In this document: positions 59,374 to 64,000 of the stretch, one piece after another
How positions within the stretch are numbered: position 1 is the stretch's first letter
How the letters are laid out: every line of letters begins with the position of its first letter
Source of the DNA: Alphaproteobacteria bacterium
GTDB lineage: Bacteria; Pseudomonadota; Alphaproteobacteria; Bin95
Direction: 5' to 3'
Assembly (NCBI GenBank): GCA_963665325.3
Contig: CAXXWS020000001.1
Span: 132,252-196,251, forward strand
DNA: 64,000 nucleotides
Program-made: the position numbers and the translations under genes
Notes under the pieces: model-generated
What the model saw: the letters and a program-made list of their open reading frames with translations, nothing else
What the model was told of the DNA's origin: nothing
Databases searched by the model: none

Positions 59374-60630
59374 TTGCGCCTCCTGATCCTCATCATCTTC
59401 GCCGGCCTTCTCATCCTCGTCGCGGCGACTGCCGCCTTCGGCCAGGACGCGACCGACCGGCGCTTCCGCGCCGGCATGGAGGCTCTCAACGCCGCCCATA
59501 CCGCACCGGACCGGGAGACCCGCGACGAGAAGCTCGACGAGGCCATCGCCGCCTTCCGCGCCATCCTGGTGAATAACCCGGAACTTGTGCGGGTGCGGCT
59601 CGAACTCGCCCGCGCTTTCTTCCTGAAGGAGGAGGACACGCTGGCCCGGAGGCATTTCGAGCAGGTGCTGGCCGGCAGGCCGCCGCCCCCGGTGGTCGCC
59701 AATATCGTCCGCTTCCTGCGCACCATGCGCTCCCGGCGGCGCTGGGAGGCGCATTTCGGCGCGGCCCTTGCCCCCGACAGCAACCTGAACGCCGCCTCCG
59801 GCGAACGCACGATCTTCCTCGACTTTCTCGGGCAACGCATACCGTTCACCCGCCAGGGCGACATCGCGCCGAAGTCCGGCCTTGGCCTCTCCATCTGGGG
59901 TGGCGGCGAATACCAGTATCCGCTTTCACAGACTCTCCGGCTGCGCTCCGGGGCGAATGCCAGCATCCGGGAATACAAGGGCGAGGATTTCGACCGCCAC
60001 TCCGTCTCGGCGCATCTCGGGCCGCGCCGGCTGATCGATGCGAGGACGGAGGCGAGCCTGCTGGCGACGGTGGACCGGCAATGGGCCGCCGGCAGGCCCG
60101 AGACCGACCGCTTCGGCCTGCGGCTGGAAGGCGAGCACCGGCTGACGCCACGTCTCGCGATGTTCGCCCGGGCGAGCGCCGCCCGGCGCAACTGCCGCGA
60201 CTGCAACCATCTCGACGGCCCGGAGGGGAATGTCTCTCTCGGGGCCACATGGGCCGCACTGCCGATCCTGCGCCTCAGCGGCAATGCCGGCTGGAACTGG
60301 AGCCGCACCAACTCCGAACACTGGCGCTCGAGCGGCCCGCAGGCCAGCCTCGGCGCGTCGCTGGCGCTGCCGGCCGGCTTCACCCTCGGCCTGCGCGCCT
60401 CAATGCAGCGCACCGAATACCAGGGGCGGGGTTTCGTCCACAACACCATCGACCGCCAGCCGCGCGAGGACGAGACGCAGACGCTCTCGCTCTCGGTGCA
60501 CAACCGCGCGGTGACTGTGCTCGGGTTCAGTCCCCGCCTCTCGCTCGTCCGCGAGGAGCGCGACACCAACGCCCAGGCCCTCGACTACAAACGCAACCGC
60601 GCCGAGCTCTCATTCGTGCGCCAGTTCTGA
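59374..60630 (+). CDS. slam: SLAM (cassette 3)
   Basis: Intact paralogue; TPR plus barrel ending FVRQF. Confidence 0.85.
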   Translation: MRLLILIIFAGLLILVAATAAFGQDATDRRFRAGMEALNAAHTAPDRETRDEKLDEAIAAFRAILVNNPELVRVRLELARAFFLKEEDTLARRHFEQVLAGRPPPPVVANIVRFLRTMRSRRRWEAHFGAALAPDSNLNAASGERTIFLDFLGQRIPFTRQGDIAPKSGLGLSIWGGGEYQYPLSQTLRLRSGANASIREYKGEDFDRHSVSAHLGPRRLIDARTEASLLATVDRQWAAGRPETDRFGLRLEGEHRLTPRLAMFARASAARRNCRDCNHLDGPEGNVSLGATWAALPILRLSGNAGWNWSRTNSEHWRSSGPQASLGASLALPAGFTLGLRASMQRTEYQGRGFVHNTIDRQPREDETQTLSLSVHNRAVTVLGFSPRLSLVREERDTNAQALDYKRNRAELSFVRQF

Positions 60631-60752
60631 TGCGGAACGCATGCTTACCATTCGCGGCGTTGCAGGCGTCGCAGAATGGCCGGTGCGGACAGAGCGGGCA
60701 CTCCCCGTGCTTCCTTCCGACCGGGGCCGGCGGCCCTCGCCCGCAATGGAAG

Positions 60753-60945
60753 ATGCCCGACATCAACATGAAGTTTCTGCGGACGTTCCTCACGCAGGTC
60801 AAGGCACGCAGAAAACCGCACGCCGCCCGGGAGGCACCAGGACTGCCGTCCTCGCCCACCTCGCGGCCGTGGAAAAGCTTGTCGGCAAACGCCTGGTTGA
60901 AAGAGGCAAACCGGGCGGGCGCAGTTGACGGAAGCCGGGGTCGCC
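60753..60945 (+). pseudogene. LysR-type HTH remnant (duplicate of 35998-36190)
   Basis: Same sequence and same frameshifts. Confidence 0.7.
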
Positions 60946-61059
60946 AACGGGAGAGGCTAACGTTGGATCGGCCGCGACCTCGACATCTCCAGGAATCCGC
61001 TGCCGAAATCGCAACGAGCAGTTTGTGATGCTGTTCCGGCCCCTGTCCGGATCAATCCG

Positions 61060-61200
61060 ATGAGGCGCGGCGCTGGCCGGCGGCTTCTGCTCGGCTTGCA
61101 GACTGTTCTGGGCCTGGCGCGGCGCGGTTTCTTCATTCCATACGCGCGGGCTGATGTCGCCGCGCCGCCCATGCCGCTCGGATGGGTCGAGGCCCGCTTC
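61060..61200 (+). pseudogene. Truncated copy of the methyltransferase at 36305
   Basis: GLQTVLGLARRGFFIPYARAD...WVEARF, after which similarity stops. Confidence 0.8.
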
Positions 61201-61326
61201 TCTCCGTCAGGGATCCGCACGCCGACACTATACACGCCCTCGGCCTGAGCGGCACGGGCGGCGGGCGCAGCGCAGGCGAACTTTGTAACCGGTCTACGGT
61301 GCATCCTGCTCTTTCCGGCTGCCCAG

Positions 61327-62595
61327 TCAGAATTGCCTAACGAAGGAGATTTCGGCGCGGTTGCGGCCGTAGTCGAGCGCCTGGGCGTTGGTCTCGCGCT
61401 CCTCGCGGACAAGGGTGAGGCGGGGGCTGAAGCCGGCAACAGTGAAGGCGCGGTTGTGCACCGAGGCCGACAGGGTCCGCGTCTCGTCCTCGCGCGGCTT
61501 GCGGTCGATGGTGTTGTGGGCGAAGCCGCTGCCCTGATATTCGGTACGCTGCAGGGAGGCCCGCAGGCCCACGGTGAAGCCCGCCGGGAGCGCCAGGGTC
61601 GCGCCGAGGCTGGCCTGCGGGCCGGCGTTCCGCCAATGCTCCAGGTTGACGCGGCTCCAGCTCCAGCCGGCATTGCCGCCGACGCGCAGGATCGGCAGTG
61701 CGGCCCAGCCTGCGCCAAGCGAGATGTCTCCCACCGGGCCGTCGAGCCAGTCGCAGTCGCGGCAGTTGCGCCGGGCGGCGCTCGCCTGCCCGAACATGGC
61801 GAGGCGCGGCGTCAGGCGGCGCTCGGCTTCCAGCCGCAGTCCGAAGCGGTCGGTCTCGGGCATGCCGGCGGTCCACTGCCGGTCCACGGTGGCGAGCAGG
61901 CTCGCCTCGGTGCGCGCGTCGATCAGCCGGCGGGGGCCGAGATGTGCGGAGACGGAATGGCGATCAAAGGTCCCGCCCTTGTATTCGCGGACGCTCGCGT
62001 CCGCCCCGGAGCGCAGCCGCCAGCGGCCCGCTCCGAGCGGATACTGGTATTCGCCGCCGCCCCAGACCGAGACGCCGAGGCCGGACTTGGGCGCGATGTC
62101 GCCCTGGCGGGTGAAGGGCAGGCGGCCGAAGGGCGTGTCCAGGAAGATCGTGCGCTCGCCCGATGCGGCGTTCAGATTGCTGTCGGGGGCCACGGCCATG
62201 CCGAAGCTGGCCTCCCAGCGCCGCCGCGCGCGCATGATGCGCAGGAAGCGGACGATATTGGCGACCACCGGGGGCGGCGGCCTGCCGGCCAGCACCTGCT
62301 CGAAATGCCGCCTCGCCAGCGTGTCTTCCTCCTTCAGGAAAAAGGCGCGCGCCAGCTCCAGCCGCACCCGTACAAGTTCCGGGCGGTTCACGAGGATCGA
62401 CCGAAAGATGTCGATGGCCTCGTCGAGCTTCTCGTCGCGCGTCTCCCAGTCGTCTGTCGTACGGGCCGCGTCGAGGGCCTCCATGCCGGCCCGGAAGCGC
62501 ACGGCGGTCCCGTCATGCGCCGCGCCCCATGCCGTCGACGCCAGAATCATGGTCAGAACGCCCAGCAGGGCGACGCAGATGAGGAAGGATTTCAT
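61327..62595 (-). CDS. slam: SLAM (cassette 4)
   Basis: Signal peptide, TPR, barrel ending FVRQF. Confidence 0.85.
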   Translation of the reverse strand: MKSFLICVALLGVLTMILASTAWGAAHDGTAVRFRAGMEALDAARTTDDWETRDEKLDEAIDIFRSILVNRPELVRVRLELARAFFLKEEDTLARRHFEQVLAGRPPPPVVANIVRFLRIMRARRRWEASFGMAVAPDSNLNAASGERTIFLDTPFGRLPFTRQGDIAPKSGLGVSVWGGGEYQYPLGAGRWRLRSGADASVREYKGGTFDRHSVSAHLGPRRLIDARTEASLLATVDRQWTAGMPETDRFGLRLEAERRLTPRLAMFGQASAARRNCRDCDWLDGPVGDISLGAGWAALPILRVGGNAGWSWSRVNLEHWRNAGPQASLGATLALPAGFTVGLRASLQRTEYQGSGFAHNTIDRKPREDETRTLSASVHNRAFTVAGFSPRLTLVREERETNAQALDYGRNRAEISFVRQF

Positions 62596-62612
62596 GGCCC
62601 GGACCGGTCAGG

Positions 62613-62647
62613 AAAAAACCCCCGGCCCGCACAAAGCGAACCAGGGG
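62613..62647 (-). terminator. Intrinsic terminator between lipoprotein 4 and SLAM 4
   Basis: Minus strand CCCCTGGTTCGC-TTTGT-GCGGGCCGGGGG-T6. Confidence 0.8.
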
Positions 62648-62702
62648 CTGAAGCGGGTGGATCGAGGGGCGCATGGCCGCCTCGATCCGGGGTTAGTTGC
62701 TA

Positions 62703-64000
62703 TTAGGGGCTGGTGGCGAACGCGCCGGCCACGGCCGTGTTCTTGTTGATCGCCGCGCGGAACGAGCCCGCAATGCCGGTCGGGTCGGCGTTGTTCATAC
62801 CGGAGCCATACATCTGGAACTCCCAGGCGCCGATATTGTCGTTGGTCCCGCCTGTGACCCTGCTGTTCGTGGTACCTGCTGCTGCGGCTGTGGCACCTCC
62901 GGTGGTGCTGTCAATAGCCGTCGGGGCCAGCGTCAGCGACCAGTCGTTGGCAACGCCGTCGTCGCGCACGAAGCCGACGATCTTGCCGTTGACCATGCCG
63001 GCGGCGGTAGCGCCGCCAAATTTCGCCATCAGCGTGGCGGTCGCGGTGAACTCGCCATGCGCGGCATCGTCCCCGGTGACCGCAAAGAGGCCGGCCGCCG
63101 GGCCGCTGTAGTCGGCATCTCCCTCCAGCGCGTTGATGTTAGCCACGGGGAACATCGCGCTGCCGCCGTAGAACACCTCCGCATCGTAGAGATACTGCCC
63201 CTCTGCCGCTGCCGCGGTCGGGGTCTTCACCCACCAGCCGAAGTGCATGTGGTCGGCATCCTGCAGGATGATCTGCGGATTGTTGTCCACGTCCGGCGTG
63301 AAGGTCCAACTACCGGTCGTTGCCGTCCCATTATATGCTGGCGCCCTACTCGTGCTCTGGTCGGAGACCTGCACTACGCAATCGCCAGCGGCGCAGTCAT
63401 ATGTGCCGGGAGCACCGTGGAAGGTTCCCGTGAAGCTGCTGCTCTTCTTGCCCGCGCCCTCGCCATCGTCATAGGTGTAGGTGTTGTCGCCCTTGCCCTC
63501 GCCCTTCGGCTGCGGGAACTTGGTCGGGTCGAGCAGTCCAGCATTGCCGAGGGTCGCCATGGCGGTGCCATCCGAGATAGACACGACCCCGCTGGAGATG
63601 GAGACAGTCGCCCCAGCGATCGTCGTTACCGTATCGGGATACTGCGTCAGGAACGCCTTGTGCTTCGCCGCGTCGATGTTGGTGTAAACGACGATTTCCT
63701 CCGTCTTGCGGGTCCGCTTGTGGCCCTCGAAGTCGGAGACGGCGTTGTCGGCCATGCCGCTTGTCCAGCCGGACGTGCCGCCCAGCTGGCCATTCGTGAC
63801 CATGGCGTCGCCGGACATGCCGCGCACGATTACGAGGTTGTCCTTGGTGTCGGCTGCGGCTTCGCCGATAATTTGCTGTCCGCGGGTGCCGGTGGCATCC
63901 GTCAGGGCGCTGTGCATTCCCAACGAGCGGCCGCTGTTCTCGTCCATCGCGGTCATCTTGGCGCTGCGGATGGTGGTCATGGCAGTGGCTGAGTAGGCGG
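62703..64000 (-). CDS. Surface lipoprotein with TbpB-like barrel (cassette 4), N-terminus beyond the window
   Basis: Most similar to lipoprotein 2 (LLDP..FP.P, SFTGTFHGA.GTY.C, FGWW, NTAVAG.F). Confidence 0.8.
   Translation of the reverse strand, partial: AYSATAMTTIRSAKMTAMDENSGRSLGMHSALTDATGTRGQQIIGEAAADTKDNLVIVRGMSGDAMVTNGQLGGTSGWTSGMADNAVSDFEGHKRTRKTEEIVVYTNIDAAKHKAFLTQYPDTVTTIAGATVSISSGVVSISDGTAMATLGNAGLLDPTKFPQPKGEGKGDNTYTYDDGEGAGKKSSSFTGTFHGAPGTYDCAAGDCVVQVSDQSTSRAPAYNGTATTGSWTFTPDVDNNPQIILQDADHMHFGWWVKTPTAAAAEGQYLYDAEVFYGGSAMFPVANINALEGDADYSGPAAGLFAVTGDDAAHGEFTATATLMAKFGGATAAGMVNGKIVGFVRDDGVANDWSLTLAPTAIDSTTGGATAAAAGTTNSRVTGGTNDNIGAWEFQMYGSGMNNADPTGIAGSFRAAINKNTAVAGAFATSP

Noticed and set aside
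31719-64000. Diversity-generating retroelement or shufflon as the source of lipoprotein variation
   Set aside because: No reverse transcriptase, no adenine-specific template/variable repeat pair, and no dedicated invertase beside the cassettes

Overview
GC-rich, alphaproteobacterial-looking accessory region with no rRNA, no intact tRNA and essentially no core genes. (1) 1-12.5 kb: nested mobile elements. Two RIT (recombinase-in-trio) copies, identical where they overlap, each interrupt a different IS66-family transposase at the same NN|xAER catalytic motif. Each IS66 carries a passenger gene (adenine MTase; DUF4338). (2) 12.7-31 kb: toxin-antitoxin/defence stretch with BrnTA, HipBA, two HicAB, AAA+ ATPases, IS debris, and an intact four-gene operon (hypothetical, dead and active DUF2791/BrxD-like ATPases, SNF2 helicase). 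(3) 31.7-42 kb and 56.5-64 kb: four porin / surface lipoprotein / SLAM (type XI secretion) cassettes arranged as two convergent pairs, with conserved porin and SLAM but highly divergent cargo lipoproteins; the fourth runs off the window edge. (4) 43.6-48.8 kb: an intact type I-E Cascade operon with no cas3, cas1 or cas2 and a degenerate single-spacer mini-array, followed by PIN-type TA pairs, HigBA and a decayed relaxase/serine-recombinase island. All family assignments come from motif recognition by eye, not database searches.
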